This document shows, piece after piece, positions 25,780 to 39,394 of a DNA stretch of 64,000 bases. Source of the stretch: Octopus sinensis (Eukaryota); contig NW_021833022.1 of the NCBI RefSeq assembly GCF_006345805.1, forward strand, positions 24,862-88,861, read 5' to 3'. The notes under the pieces are model-generated. The model ran no database searches, was not told where the DNA came from, and saw nothing but the letters and a program-made list of their open reading frames with translations. How positions within the stretch are numbered: the first letter of the stretch is position 1; the number at the start of each line of letters is the position of its first letter. The position numbers and the translations under genes were made by a program.

Positions 25780-26460
25780 CAGGTTACATATGGATAATCC
25801 CCCAAATGTTTGCTGTATGTGCTGAGAAGGGAAGAGTAATATTAATTTGAATAGGAGTAGGTTAGGGTTAGAAGTAACAAGGAGAAAGTCGTTTATGTGT
25901 GGAAGGAAATGCATGAAGATATAATGTAACCCCAAGCTACTCCAGAGTTGATAAAACACATGTTGGAGAGTTCTTCATAAACACAGTGATGGAGCAGACT
26001 GACAGCAAACTTGCAATCCAGGACATTAGAGGTGGACGACTTAGCTAGGAAGTTTTCATGTCAAGAGCCATACCATTGATTATTTTATCTAAGTTTGCTG
26101 TTGTATGATATATAAGAAAGAATCTCTGATAGAGACTTGGGAACAACCATTAAATTCTCTGAATGAAAATGTAATGGTAGTTATCAAGAAGAGGAAGAGA
26201 CCGGAAGAAATAAACAAGTTAGTAGTTGAAGACTGCTTCCATAACCTCTGAAACTTTGGGGTTAAGGAGTTGGTGATAGGACTGTGGTGTGCAGAATCAG
26301 AAATGTTTTTCGTAGAGGGGAAAGACTTAGGATTTTGGCAAAGACAGGAACAAGACATGGAATTGCCATGTGGAGAGACTGGAAGGATCACTGCCAAAAA
26401 TGGTTGATTAAAGTTTGAATGACTGTAGAAGTTTGGCTTCATTACATTTAACATTCTTCT
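25780..26460 (-). pseudogene. CR1/L2/Jockey-type LINE reverse transcriptase relic
   Basis: Frameshifted motifs resembling (NYRPI)...SKVME..N..L..F...LL...Y.F, then SGV.QG-like and FLPHINDF (PLLFLIYINDL-like); heavily decayed. Confidence 0.55.
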
Positions 26461-29400
26461 CTTTTGAAGAGAAACTTGCGAACTGAATTTAATAGTACAA
26501 TATTAGTATAATGTTTACAAAGCTAACTTATTGTTGGTATAGGTAACTTAGCTTGTTGCAATACAATTCCTACCATACTTTTTATTCATCTTCAACTATA
26601 AATTTTTATCTCTTAGAAGTAATGACCATCTCTAGCCTTAAAAATGACCATTTTTAATTGTTATTATCATGTTTATGTATCTCTTATCTGGTATCTGTCT
26701 CCTACTGATAACTCTATTTATGAATGCCACAACTGTTGATGTATTTTCTTCTCCATCTTCAATGTTTCAAGTATCTTTTTCTAAGATACTTGACTCTTTC
26801 ATAGTAATGATTTTATTTCATTGAGTCTTGATTTCTTTTCTAAAATGCTCCAAGTATATATTTCTTTTATACAGCAAAGCTTAATTTAATTTGCATGAAA
26901 AGTCCTTTATGCAATATTGTCAAAATGTTTTGAAAACTTGTGTGTCCAAATTTCTTTTCTAATTACTGTTTCCGTCCAATTTCCTATAGTATAAAAACGC
27001 TACAGCTCTGCTGGCTTGTGAATTATGTCCTCTATTTCTATGTGTATTATTATATTATTTCTTACTATATCATTTCTTTAAAAAAATTTTTTATTAATAA
27101 TTTTGAAATGATTATACTTCCTACTTTTATAACTTCTACTTTGAAATCATACTGCCACCTGCTTCTATCTATTGTTCTCCTAAAACATTATTTAAAAATA
27201 ACTGCAAAGTTATTTTTTCATTTGTCATTTATTTCAAAAATTTTCATTGTGTGTTCTCTATTCATGGAGAATCTATTTGTATATTTTTCTTTCTTTTGTC
27301 ATCTTTTTATCTCCTATTACAGAACTTCTTTTCTGCTATTTGTGTTCTCTTTTTCAAGATAAATTGTTTTCCAATTTCTTTTTGCAAAGAGCAATTCTGA
27401 ATTTTATCTTTAGGATATTTTAGTATTCCTCTCAACTGTGTACCTATTGGTTGGTTGAAATGGCTAGCACTTAAATATGTATCCTTCATATTCTGTGTGA
27501 AAAAGAAAATCTCTCATTATAAAGTGACTGCAAAAATTAAATGGAAACTTGGAGAGGACATTAATAGAAAATATTGCTGCAAATGTGACAAAAGTGAACC
27601 CAAAGACCCAGTCTTCAGTATGTTTGGGTGCTAATAGTAAAATTTATAACTGCAGAAATTTATAAAGCTTACGAAGCATAAGTGCTCTTGACTAGCTAGC
27701 AGTTGTTGAACTGAGAACTATATAATACCAGACTTTACACACTCACAGCATACACACGTTTGTGGATGTGTTAATTTATGTGTCAAATAAACAGAAATTA
27801 CATTCCTGTATCATGGTTTCATTCAATCAGCCCTTTAATTTGCTGTACATATCAATAGATATAGACTGACTGTCAGCTATGTGAGAACTTTGAAATGTTG
27901 TATATTGTTGGAGTCTGTGGATATCTTTCAGGTGTCAGAGTGGTGCTCGTTGAAATTTGCAAGAAAGAATATGTCAGCATCAAAATAGCTAATATTTTTT
28001 GTTATTGAAAATTGCAGTAGGGGTGCGCATGATGTGAAATTTCTCAGCAAGACAGATGCTGCAGTACTTTGAAAAAATTTTTTAAATGCCTATGCCATAT
28101 GTAACACTACCAATCTCATGCTGATGGTTTTTGTTTTATCTTAATGTCTAAATATACTTTAAAAGTGATATGAAGATTTCCAATAATGATAGAATGATGT
28201 TTTGCTGGTTCAGGCAACTTCGGTAAGCAATATAAAAAGGAGTCATTGCTATGGTACCAAATGCGTTTGTCTGGGTATTAAGAGGGTAACTCTCTTGTTT
28301 CAATAATTGCATATTGGTCCTTTTCTTTCTAAGCTTATTTGCAATGTCTTTGTATTGTGACTGTTAAAGGTGCCATATATATTTTGCATACAGCTGTAGA
28401 TCACCTTATTTTATTTTTCTTGAAAAGCTGGCAGAATTTATGACCACTTGGAAAATGCTTTCCGGTTAAAAAAAGATACGTTTTGAAAACAGGCATTGAG
28501 CAAAAGAATCCAATAGGCAATTACTGAAATATAGAGCATTTTCCCACCCAAATGTTGGCATCTAATCTTTGAGTCCAGTTGTTGTATAAGTTCATGAAGG
28601 ATTGTGCAGAGCAGGAAATCCAAATACTTTTTTAAAGAGCACGCGTACACACACAAACGCATGCGCACACATGCCCGCTTTCTTTTCTGGCATGTGCTGG
28701 AGGAAAGTGGGCATTCTGAAATCCCACCTTTCTAGATGACAGAAGAGAATAAAAGTATGGTGATAGAAATAGTATAATTGGAGGTGGTGAGGAGGTAGAG
28801 GAAAAGAGAGACTAATGGATAGTAATAAAAATAGAAGACAGTAAGAGCGAGTGATGGGTGTCAGTAATGGGTGATCTGAGTTGAGGGGATGATGACTGTC
28901 TTTATTCTTTTATATTCAGATTTCGTGATGAAGGAAAGCGGTAGGGACATTGCAGTCCCTCGTTACACTGGCGGTTTGTTATAATGGATGGGTGAGATTA
29001 ACTGACTCTATGACTAAAAAATAGGCTGAGTGGAAAGAATGAGATGAGAGAATTTCAGAAGGCTGGAGAAGCAGCAGATATAAATTTAACAATGACATTT
29101 GGTGGAAGACCAAAATGTAGATATATTATACTTCCATCAATACCACTATTTTAATGTTTGTTTTGCTTTGATTTAAAGTAACTTGCATATTGCTAATCCT
29201 CGTGCTCAGATCTTTCCTCTCTCCACTGTGAAACTCAGTGTTCTGAAATCAGCTGTCACCACTTCACTCCATGTCTTCCTAAGTTACACCTACTTTGATC
29301 AACCTGCACTATTTTATGCAAATGACATTCTCCATATGTATCACATGCCCCTAACAGCGCAGTCTTTTTACTTTGCACACAACACCTGAGCACCTGAGTC

Positions 29401-29733
29401 CTTGTGTATCAAGTTTTTCTCTCATTTGCGTTGCGCCGTTCATGCTCACTAACATTGCACACCCAGTAGTGTATGCTCACTTCATTTCTTACAAGTGTTC
29501 ACAAATCCTTTGCAATCAAGGCCTATGTCACACTGTCATTCAGCATCGTACACAGGTATCATACAATCTGCTCACAACTCAGGAAAATACTTTGTTGCTA
29601 GCAGAGGTAATTGTTCAAAAAAATTTTCCAGCTGATTACTATACGTATAGAGCATCCATATTCACTACTTATTAGATTAGTTAATGAACAAAATCTATGA
29701 ACGAATCTAGGCACGATGATTTGTTTATTCTTA

Positions 29734-30428
29734 ACTAGCTGCCATACCTGGTAATTCCCGGGAAAGCGAGGCTTAACCCTTGGTTCTGTTTTCATAATTA
29801 TGTCGCTAATCCAATAACATCAATACAAAGTATGTAGCCCTTAAAACGGTTTTTGCGCATTTACAGAAAATACCGAACTGTCTTACTCAGGATCTTGTTT
29901 TTAGGAATTGCCAATAAGTTGTGAATACCCAAATTGTGATGTCAGTTATGTAATAACAGGAAATTAGTTACCCGATAGTGAGAATTCAAATAAAGTAGCC
30001 CCGAAAAGGGCTTTAATGCATTCCCAGTGTATATAGCACTTAGGAAGAAATACTAATTAGGTATGTATACTAAAATCGTGAAGTATGTTACGTAATAACA
30101 GGCTAATCAGATATGAGATAATAATAAGGGCTTTTGTGCGTTCCCAGCGCTTGTGTTGGTATATTCGTGAATAAGTCTCTAACTGAAATACATGGATCTA
30201 TTGTTTAGGAAAATGAATGGGTTATTTCCCTTGGTTGTTAAAATGAAATATATTAGATTATATAAGGATCCCTTCCAGGGACCTTATCGATTTTTTCAAT
30301 GAGGTTTCCAGACATAAGTTCTATTCACGTGTCAGGTTTCATCAAAATCGATGAAACGATGTAGGAAGAGTTAGCTAACAACTCCACAAACACACCCACA
30401 GACAGAATTTCCCACATATGTAGAAGAT
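29734..30428 (+). mobile_element. Non-autonomous Helentron/DINE-1-like element
   Basis: Starts ACTAGCTG...CCCGGG and ends with the GTTTCATCAAAATCG...ACAGACAGAATT block typical of these elements; recognised by pattern only. Confidence 0.45.
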
Positions 30429-30492
30429 ACGTTTGGGCAGGTTTAAATGCAAAACATGTTAGTCGCTATTTTGTACGTCGTAAGAGTATGAC

Positions 30493-30721
30493 TTCTCTCT
30501 TTTATGACGACAGTATGTTCAACACAGTTGGCTCAACGGCACACAAGATTCTGGAACACTGGTATTTCAGCATGAGTTTCGTCAGCAAGCAGTACCCGGA
30601 ATATTTACCTAAGTTACATCAACTTTAGCTGATGCAACACAACATGTCGAAACGGTGTCTCAGAATCTTGTGCACTAGTGAACCGAATGTGGCGAACACA
30701 CTGTCATCGTAAAAGAGAGAA
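30493..30721. mobile_element. MITE with imperfect TIRs of about 68 bp
   Basis: TTCTCTCTTTTATGACGACAG...CACAAGATTCTG is mirrored by CAGAATCTTGTG...CTGTCATCGTAAAAGAGAGAA. Confidence 0.65.
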
Positions 30722-31199
30722 TTTATTCTCCTATGACATACACTACAGCGACAAGCATATTTTGCACCTGAACCTACCTAAATGTATTTAGAATAAATAT
30801 GTTAATGATCGTTCTCGTTCTCGATGTATATGGTGCAAAAAACGATTTTTTACTCCCAGGAAATTAGAAGGGTATTTGAGGGAATCTATTTCCGAAAAAC
30901 TCTTACTGTTTTACTGTTCCTGCGCACCTTGCTGTATACGAAGCTTTCTATGTTAGCCTATGATTCCAATACATCTCTTGCACGTCCATTGTTATACTGG
31001 AAACACTGTATAGAATTTTTGCCTATTTTTTTCTTTTATATCGATCATATCCATTTTCCTGACGATAGAAGGGTTTCACTTTTTCCTCTACTTACTAAAA
31101 CTTCCATAATTTTATTACAAGTCCTTTTGATTTTAAGTTTTGTTCCACCTCTGGAATTTCTCTAACTCTACTACATGTTCAGTTATAAGAACTAGGTCA

Positions 31200-32110
31200 A
31201 CAACATATTGGAATTCTTATGGATAGCCTGTCTTAAAATCCTCTGTAAGGATAAATAGAAACGGGGTTGAGAGCTGCACAATAAATTCGTTGTCGTATGC
31301 ATTTGTAGTGCTCACTTGGCAGACTGCACCTTTCTACATAGCTTACATGCTTGTCACTAGCCATTAATCTATTCTTAGTTGCCTTCATGATTGTGAGATT
31401 CAGTCAAAGGTCTTCTCTAGGTTTACAATTGCTAGGTATAGCGGCATACTCTTAGCTAAGTATTTCTGCAGTGGACTCCCGGTGAAAACCCGAAGTGCAT
31501 CTCATCTAAGCTAATTCTCTTCACATCCAATTGTGCCATGACTCTTTTAGTTACTGTCATAACCTGGCCCATCAACTTGATGCTCTGTAATTTTCTCTCT
31601 CTGCTATATCACCTTTGACCTTGTAGCAGCTGACGATGATAATGTTATGCTAGAGATGGGTACGGTACCTTACTCTGCTACCTGATTAACTATGTACATG
31701 AATTGTGCGTGCTCTACCCCCTTAGATATTTTAATAATCTCACAGACTATTCTTGATGGACTGGTTGCCTTGCTTTCATGCTCTTAATCTCTCTATCAGT
31801 CGTAATGTTGTCAACTTGTACAGTTGATCCTCTGGTCTATATAAAGTAACTCTTCTCATTCTCATACATTTTCCTCACTCGACAGCCCACTTTCATACCA
31901 CTCTCCTATCATCATTCATAACGGCAAATGAATCGCTATCATTCCGTATGTACTTCTCCTCAATGAGGTCCTGATTTTCTATAGCATAGTCTTGTAATTC
32001 GAAACCTTTCAATCCCTTTGATTCTCAGGTTGCATAATATTAGCAAACTCATTCTCTTCTATTTTAGCTGAATGCGAAGCATTAGGTATACTCAGCGACA
32101 CGAATTCAAT
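31200..32110 (-). pseudogene. RTE-clade LINE relic
   Basis: Minus strand gives EKYLAKSMPLYLAIVNLEKTFD with multiple stops; same family motifs as 15434-16039. Confidence 0.6.
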
Positions 32111-32226
32111 GAATGTGTAATTAAGATTGCCGAATAACTGGATGCTCATTTGTTGTTCCGGCCTGGATGAGTCCCTCATATATGTGTATATATGTGCGCG
32201 TGTGTGTGCATGCATCTATGTGTGTG

Positions 32227-32292
<66 letters not shown>

Positions 32293-32739
32293 GCCTGTGT
32301 GTGTGTGATGTGTGTTTAATAAGTTTGACACGTGCATATCATCAGATGTTCGGAGTCAGAGTGGAGATAATCTAAAAGAAACTTAAAATGGGTATAGGTG
32401 AGAGTATTTAGTCCATTGGTCAGTACAGATCAAATGGTTGTTTTAACAACATCGATTCTTTTATCGGATTCCCCTCGTGGTAGATCCACACTCTACAGAA
32501 TGCAGACTAACAGACGCCAGCATACTCTATGCTCTTTAACATGAAGCATCCAATGTAAGATCTGAAGCCGCCGAAACTTCGTACCCTAGAGAATACTGAC
32601 AACGGCATCTTATCTGCTCTTCCATGTGAGGAATTCAGTAAGTCAATATTGTTAAAACAACCGTTTCACCTGAACTGACTAAATATTTTCGCTTAGACCC
32701 ATTGAATTTTTTTTTAAGTCTCAGCAGTTAAGAACCAAT

Positions 32740-33440
32740 TTGAAGGAGAGCAGTTTGGAGATTGCTCTCATTTGCTGGAAGAATGCAAAGATTCTTTTTT
32801 CTCCGATCTGATGACAAAGGATGAAACACGTCTATATCTTTGTAATCCAGAAACGGATCATGGAAGTACGTTTCTCTTCTCCAAGACCTAAGAAGTTCAA
32901 GAGCAAGCAATCGGCATAGTGAATCATAGTGACTGAATATTGACATGACAACGGCATCCTTCTCCAGGATTTTCTGGAATTTGGCTGCGTCGTGAGTAGT
33001 AAGCTTAGAAGATTCCAGAGCTGAAAACAACTCACATTCATCATGGCAGTGCGCGACCACACACATCTTTGGTAACAAATCAGGCAATCATCAAACTGGG
33101 TTGGTCCTCCATCCACAATACAGCCCGAATCTCGTACGTTCCGACTTCCACCTGTTCGGTCCAATGAAGGGCAGTCTTCGGGGAATAGCGATTTGATGAT
33201 ACAGACGAGGTCAAAGTGACTGCAAAGGAATTGGTACAACTTAATTTTTTTGTCAAAGAGAATTCAAGAGTTGGGTTCAACGCTGGTTTCCATCACAAAC
33301 AAATGCATTGTTTGAGACAGTAACTAATGTTGAGTAGCATGTTCGTATAGAAGAAGAGTTACTCTCCCAATATGTGTAATTTGAAGGAGTCAGTTAATAA
33401 GACGGTTATGCTCACTTTTGCATTATTTTCCGTATGAACT
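32740..33440 (+). mobile_element. mariner transposase relic
   Basis: Plus strand encodes SSPRPKKFK and HPQYSPNLVRSDFHLFGPMKGSLRG (mariner YSPDLAPSDF motif) with frameshifts. Confidence 0.8.
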
Positions 33441-34388
33441 TTACACACACACACAAATGCAATGGGCTTCTTTCAGTTGCTATCTACTAAATCCACTCAC
33501 GAGGCTATAGGTGCTCAAGGTACCATGCAGTGGGACTGAACCTGGAACCATGTGGTTAGGAAGAAAACTTCATGCGCCTACACAGATACACACACACGTT
33601 TACTTCATTTTGTGAATTTATCTCAGCAGAGAAATGTGCTTCTACTCGCTCCCTCACTTTTTGTCAATCTCGTGAGGTTAGTGCTTTGTGTGTCTAGCGA
33701 GTCACTTTTGACTCTCATTTCTAGCAATGCTGGTTCTATGTTTGTACCTTTGTTTATTAATTTGCCTTTAGGCTTAAATTGCTAATGGGTCACCTATATT
33801 ATAATATATTCCATCCACCATAGCCAAATTTAAATTAACACTGCAACAGAACTTTTCCCACGGTGGAACAATGGTTTTTCTCTGGTAGCAGTTTTACATT
33901 TTCCAGATGCCTTTAGCTTGGCCGAAATGTCTGCAACACTTGACCCTTTCTAACCTCTTCTACTTCACTAAAAGCTAGAATAGAGATAACAAGACCACCA
34001 ACTAAATCTATTGTTTTCAATGATATCTATCCTGGATAGTTATAAAAGCAAGAAGACCCCAAGCCAAAAACAGTCGATGACGACTCAACGAGTCCAGTCA
34101 CATGGTGAAGACTCAACCAGTTAGTCACTTTGGTGACAACGAAGTCTGGCTGACCAGCTAGAACCTTGGTCAGAGGGAGAAATTAAGTTTACTGTCAGCA
34201 ACTGTGAGACAAGACCCTACAACTCTCACTTGCTCTAATTCTGTTCTCTTACAACGTCATTCTATCGCTATCTGCGGATTACTGCTAACAATTCGTATAC
34301 TCCAAACTATGCAAAGAAACATTCTACCGCATCTAACTTTCTTTCGTATGCTCTCGGATGTTATAACCTGCCGGTCAAGGCAAGGTAT

Positions 34389-34506
34389 TGTAACGTGACG
34401 GTAAATAAATATTCCCTTAAAACTTTGTGTACCGCAACAATCTTACCCTTTACAACTGGTAACTACACTAATAAAAACCTAACCGTAACAATTGGTGACC
34501 CTCGAC
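34389..34506 (+). mobile_element. Possible short LTR plus primer-binding site (Gypsy-like), truncated
   Basis: TGTAACG...AATAAA...CGTAACA (34389-34490) is followed by TGGTGACCCTCGAC; no partner LTR or gag ORF seen. Confidence 0.3.
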
Positions 34507-34988
34507 TTCAACTAAAAACTTCATCGTTACATATGCTTTACGGGTCAATTTGTATACGAGTGTAGATCAGAGAGAGGTCAAAGTGGCGGAGTTAGTGTAG
34601 GTGTTAGCGTTGATATTACTTTTGTTAATATAAAATATCTATTGGAGCACATCCATAAATTTCTGAGAAACGTACATGCATACGCACGCGCGACGTGTAT
34701 GGTTTGGGTCATAAGACTGAATTTCAGAAGATCCAAGTGTTGTATGACAGGAAAATACGAAAAATCTGAATATTGAACGTTTGAAAGACCGAAAAATTGC
34801 AATATCTTTCAATATACAAACCTACCGGATGATTGAAAGGTCGAATATAAAAATGTCAAAGCTCCAAATTTTGATACATTTCTTTATGCTCAGCAACTTC
34901 TGCTGACTGGTTTCAAGAAGACAGATCTATGTCCCAGTTTGCAGATAGTCATCAATCATAAGATCGATGACACAACACTAGAAAGCTG

Positions 34989-35596
34989 GGATCTTTACCT
35001 TTTGACCTACACTACAGATTTAAAAAAATAATTTTTTGTAACTAAACACTTTCAAACTTCGGACACTGATAGAATGTGTCATATAAAACATCTTTTACTC
35101 TTAGCATTTTTAAGAAAAACTTATATTTACGAAGTTATTTCACGTTAAAGTTGTCCTATTTCGGTAATTTCAACCAATCAATGACGTGTATTCAGCTGAA
35201 TAAAATTATTGCTGTTGTTTGTCAACAAGAACTTCTGGCGGTGTATATTTCGTTTGTCACTGTTATTTATGACAACCCTAACCCTAAAACCTTAAAACCA
35301 GTACAAACGCACGGACAATGTCATAAATAACAGTGACAAACGAAAAATACACTACCGATAGTTGTTGTTGACAAACAACGGCAGTAATTTTATTTAGCTG
35401 AATACACGTCATTGATTGGTTGAAATGACCGAAATAGGACAACTTTAACGTGAAATAACTTCGTAAATATGTTTTCCTCAAAAATGCTAATAGTAAAAGA
35501 TGTTTTATACGACACATTATACCAGTGTCCGAAGTTTGAAAGTGTTTAGTTACAAAAAATTATTTTTTAAATCTGTGGATCAAAAGGTAAAGATCC
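34989..35596. mobile_element. 608-bp palindromic non-autonomous DNA transposon with 8-bp TSD (Merlin- or MULE-like)
   Basis: Termini GGATCTTTACCTTTTGA / TCAAAAGGTAAAGATCC; inverted arms of about 280 bp around a 44-bp spacer; identical flanks GAAAGCTG at 34981-34988 and 35597-35604. Confidence 0.85.
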
Positions 35597-36481
35597 GAAA
35601 GCTGTTGAGAAGTTCAATTACTCACTAGATACTGAAATCTCAACCAAACAGGGGAAGGTAATTTCTGACTTCCGCCATTTTACAAAGAGAGTATGGAGGA
35701 ACAAACATTCCACGATGCAAACAAATATAAGAGTATTTAAGGCCACTGTACGTAGTGTTCTGTTAAACGGTGCAGAACATCAATCTATCGCCATCAAGAG
35801 AATCGACAATACATTTCACACCAGATTCCTTTGATCATTTCTAGATATATTGTTGAAAGACAAGGTAGCAATTACCAGAGTCCAGTATCTCTCGAAATTC
35901 AAGTTTGACAGGTTGCAAGTATGCTCCAGAGCCGCACACCTTATTCTATCTTGCATGTTGTTCTCAGGGGGCATAATAGGAAACCAAAGCTCCAGTTTAC
36001 AGACATTCTAAAGAGAGATGACAGATTTTGCTATGTAATTCGTCACTTCGACGTAAGCAGTTAAATTACTTGTGAATCCAGAACTCTTCTCTCATAAATA
36101 AAGAAAAACAACATTGAAACTGAAGCGATGATGCAAATGAGTTAGAAGGGGTCGCCAATTTTCAGATTTTTAATGTTCAAAACCCTACGTTTTCCAGATT
36201 TAGCTAAAACTGGAACCATTAAATATGCATGCACTACACAGAACTCGTAATTTACCTGTTAAAAAAAAACAACTTACAGATAGAATTCATTTGAGGCGAC
36301 GTGCTCAGGGCATACACGCACGTACCTGAATGCAGGCGTTTCACTGCGGCTTTATGGGCGCAACGAGCCTAAGCAGAATTGAGAATTGGAGGTGTAACAT
36401 CCCAGAATATACTCCTCCCCAGACTATACAGGTAGCCAGTCTGAGCTAGCCTAGGCTATAGTTCTCCAGACAACCAGGCCA

Positions 36482-36680
36482 GAATAAATCAAATGCAAAA
36501 AACTTTAAAATGTATCAATATAAACCCATCACGAATGCGTGGCCATTTGTGCGAGTCTAGGCTACAATTCATAGTCCATGTGCACTGCGCAGCATACGTG
36601 AGTCGTCAGTCTTTTCTTTTTCCAATCTACCTATACATTGGGTTTATATTGGTACTTTAAATATTTGCATTTGATAATTC
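36482..36680. mobile_element. Degenerate MITE
   Basis: ATCAAATGCAAA...CAATATAAACCCA is mirrored by TGGGTTTATATTG...TTTGCATTTGAT. Confidence 0.5.
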
Positions 36681-36957
36681 TAAATTGCTATGTTTAAATC
36701 GAAATTTACATGTAACTTTTAATTATTCAACGATTGAAATAAAATTTTATATATGCTCTTAGGCAAGATCCGCACCCTTTGTGAAAAATAGGAAAAATGT
36801 GTAACACGTGTAAGGCATCGTATATTAAAGGGTGTGGATCTAGATATTAACCGAGTTTGCTGATATTACTGCATTCATTTTTTTTGTAACTTTCAAAAAA
36901 AAAAAGAAATATGGAAATGAACATCTTAATTTCACAATTCAAGCCAAATCAATTTCA

Positions 36958-37059
36958 GCACATCGGAGGGGCGAGATGGCTTACATTAAGATACGAGTGG
37001 CTCTGGAAAGGGCTGGGATTTGTCGCTACTCACGACCACGAAGTTCCTCCGAATCCGTA
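36958..37059 (-). pseudogene. Duplicated H4 3' end remnant (last codons, degenerate stem-loop, downstream flank)
   Basis: Shares GGCGAGATGGCTTACATTAAGA, GGGATTTGTCG and CCTCCGAATCCGTA (YGFGG codons) with 37303-37424; stem-loop decayed at 36999-37014. Confidence 0.75.
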
Positions 37060-37343
37060 TTTTGCTGTTATTTCTAGCATAAATGTTGTCTTGGTGCGAA
37101 ACGGAGGTAGCACCTACCCGTAACCAACATCTTTTAAAGCATTTCGCCCGACGTGCTTGATTCTGTCTCATCACCGTCTTTCATTAATATCCGATACTGC
37201 GATCTAATTAAGACACGCCATACGTAAAGAGCTGAGAGGCTCACTGAAAGAGATAAAAAATCCCTTTGAAAAGGAAGCTGAAATTCAAACATTTTGGTTT
37301 AAGCATATCGGAGAGGCGAGATGGCTTACATTAAGACATGAGT

Positions 37344-37359
37344 GGCCCTGAAAAGGGCC
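37344..37359 (-). terminator. Histone 3' stem-loop of H4
   Basis: GGCCCTTTTCAGGGCC on the minus strand, about 50 nt after the stop codon. Confidence 0.95.
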
Positions 37360-37407
37360 GGGATTTGTCGTTGTTCACGATCACAAAGTCACAAAAACTT
37401 CACCAGT

Positions 37408-38416
<1,009 letters not shown>

Positions 38417-38450
38417 GTTGAAAATGATGAAGTTAATACTTTTCCCCAAC

Positions 38451-38466
38451 GGCCCTTTTCAGGGCC
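38451..38466 (+). terminator. Histone 3' stem-loop of H3
   Basis: GGCCCTTTTCAGGGCC. Confidence 0.95.
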
Positions 38467-38584
38467 TCTAAATTTTTTCGTAAAGTTCTGCTAACCCTTA
38501 AGATGGTGGTATGTTTTCGTGTTCTCGTATCGTGAATTGTTTATTCGAAATGTCATTGATACTTTGTTCTGCATTAGATATTTT

Positions 38585-38944
38585 GGATCTTTTCGGTTTG
38601 AACGGTAGTTTTTAACATAATTTCTAGGTAACTAAAAAATTTTAAACTTCGTATACTGGTAGAATGTGTTTATAAAACATTTTTCTCTTGGCTTTATTGA
38701 GAAGATTCCTTAGTTTGTAAAATTTTTTTTTCTGCAATTTCAACCAATCACTGGCGTCTATTGAGGTAAAAATTCGTTCGTTTAAGAAACAGATTGGGTT
38801 TATTTACATTTCTGAAGAAAAAGATACCCTTTCCCCTAACCCTAAATCAGATTGAAATGCAATAGATCGATACTAGGGTCATAATTATGGGTGACAATTT
38901 CATGACACCGCTAGAAAAAACTACCGTTCGAACCGAAAAGATCC
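38585..38944. mobile_element. 360-bp non-autonomous DNA transposon, same GGATCTTT/8-bp-TSD family as 34989-35596
   Basis: TIRs GGATCTTTTCGGTTTGAACGGTAGTTTT / AAAACTACCGTTCGAACCGAAAAGATCC; flanks GATATTTT and GATATTTG (7/8 match); shares TAGAATGTGT, CAACCAATCA and CCCTAACCCTAA blocks. Confidence 0.8.
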
Positions 38945-39394
38945 GATATTTGATTATTTTTTTCGTGGCTAATGTTCGTCCCTCGTGAATTTACTTCTGT
39001 TGTGACTAGCGAAGCTTTAAACTAATTCCAATTTATTTTGCACTACGTACTTTAACTATGAGAAGCCTTTTCGTTTAGAAAAAAAATGTAAATATTTTCA
39101 AACGAAAAGGTGTGTGAGTTAAGGGCAATTTAGCTATTGTTTCTAGCACAGGTGTATTGATGTTTTTCCGTAACTTTCTTCCCATAAGCACATAAGGAAG
39201 TAGCACACGCGTGGTACATTGCTGGCATGGTCTTCGAAGTTATGGGGTGGATCGCAAACGAACCGGGGGAGATTTGGCTGTTATTTCTAGCACTTCCCAT
39301 GACCGTTTCATTGACACATACACATGTATTTCAAAATTTGGTTGAAAGAAATCCCAGTTTAATTAGGTTTTAAAAAATGTGTAGAAAACGAATA

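Noticed and set aside
26500-28400. L1-like ORF2 motifs on the minus strand (QETH-, SRGVA- and GEKNT-like)
   Set aside because: Matches are weak and their spacing is not convincingly colinear, so the region was left unannotated.
17000-29000. Possible third gene between GDPD gene A and the histones (e.g. short open frames near 20470, 20900 and 23175)
   Set aside because: No phase-consistent exon chain or recognisable protein motif was found; small or non-coding exons cannot be excluded without RNA data.
35276-35287. CCCTAACCCTAA as an interstitial telomere (also about 38834 and 42118)
   Set aside because: Only two units long; the first two lie inside transposons, so this is a transposon motif and not a telomeric array.
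37226-37234. AAAGAGCTG matching the vertebrate histone downstream element
   Set aside because: It is on the wrong strand for H4 and more than 100 nt from the stem-loop.
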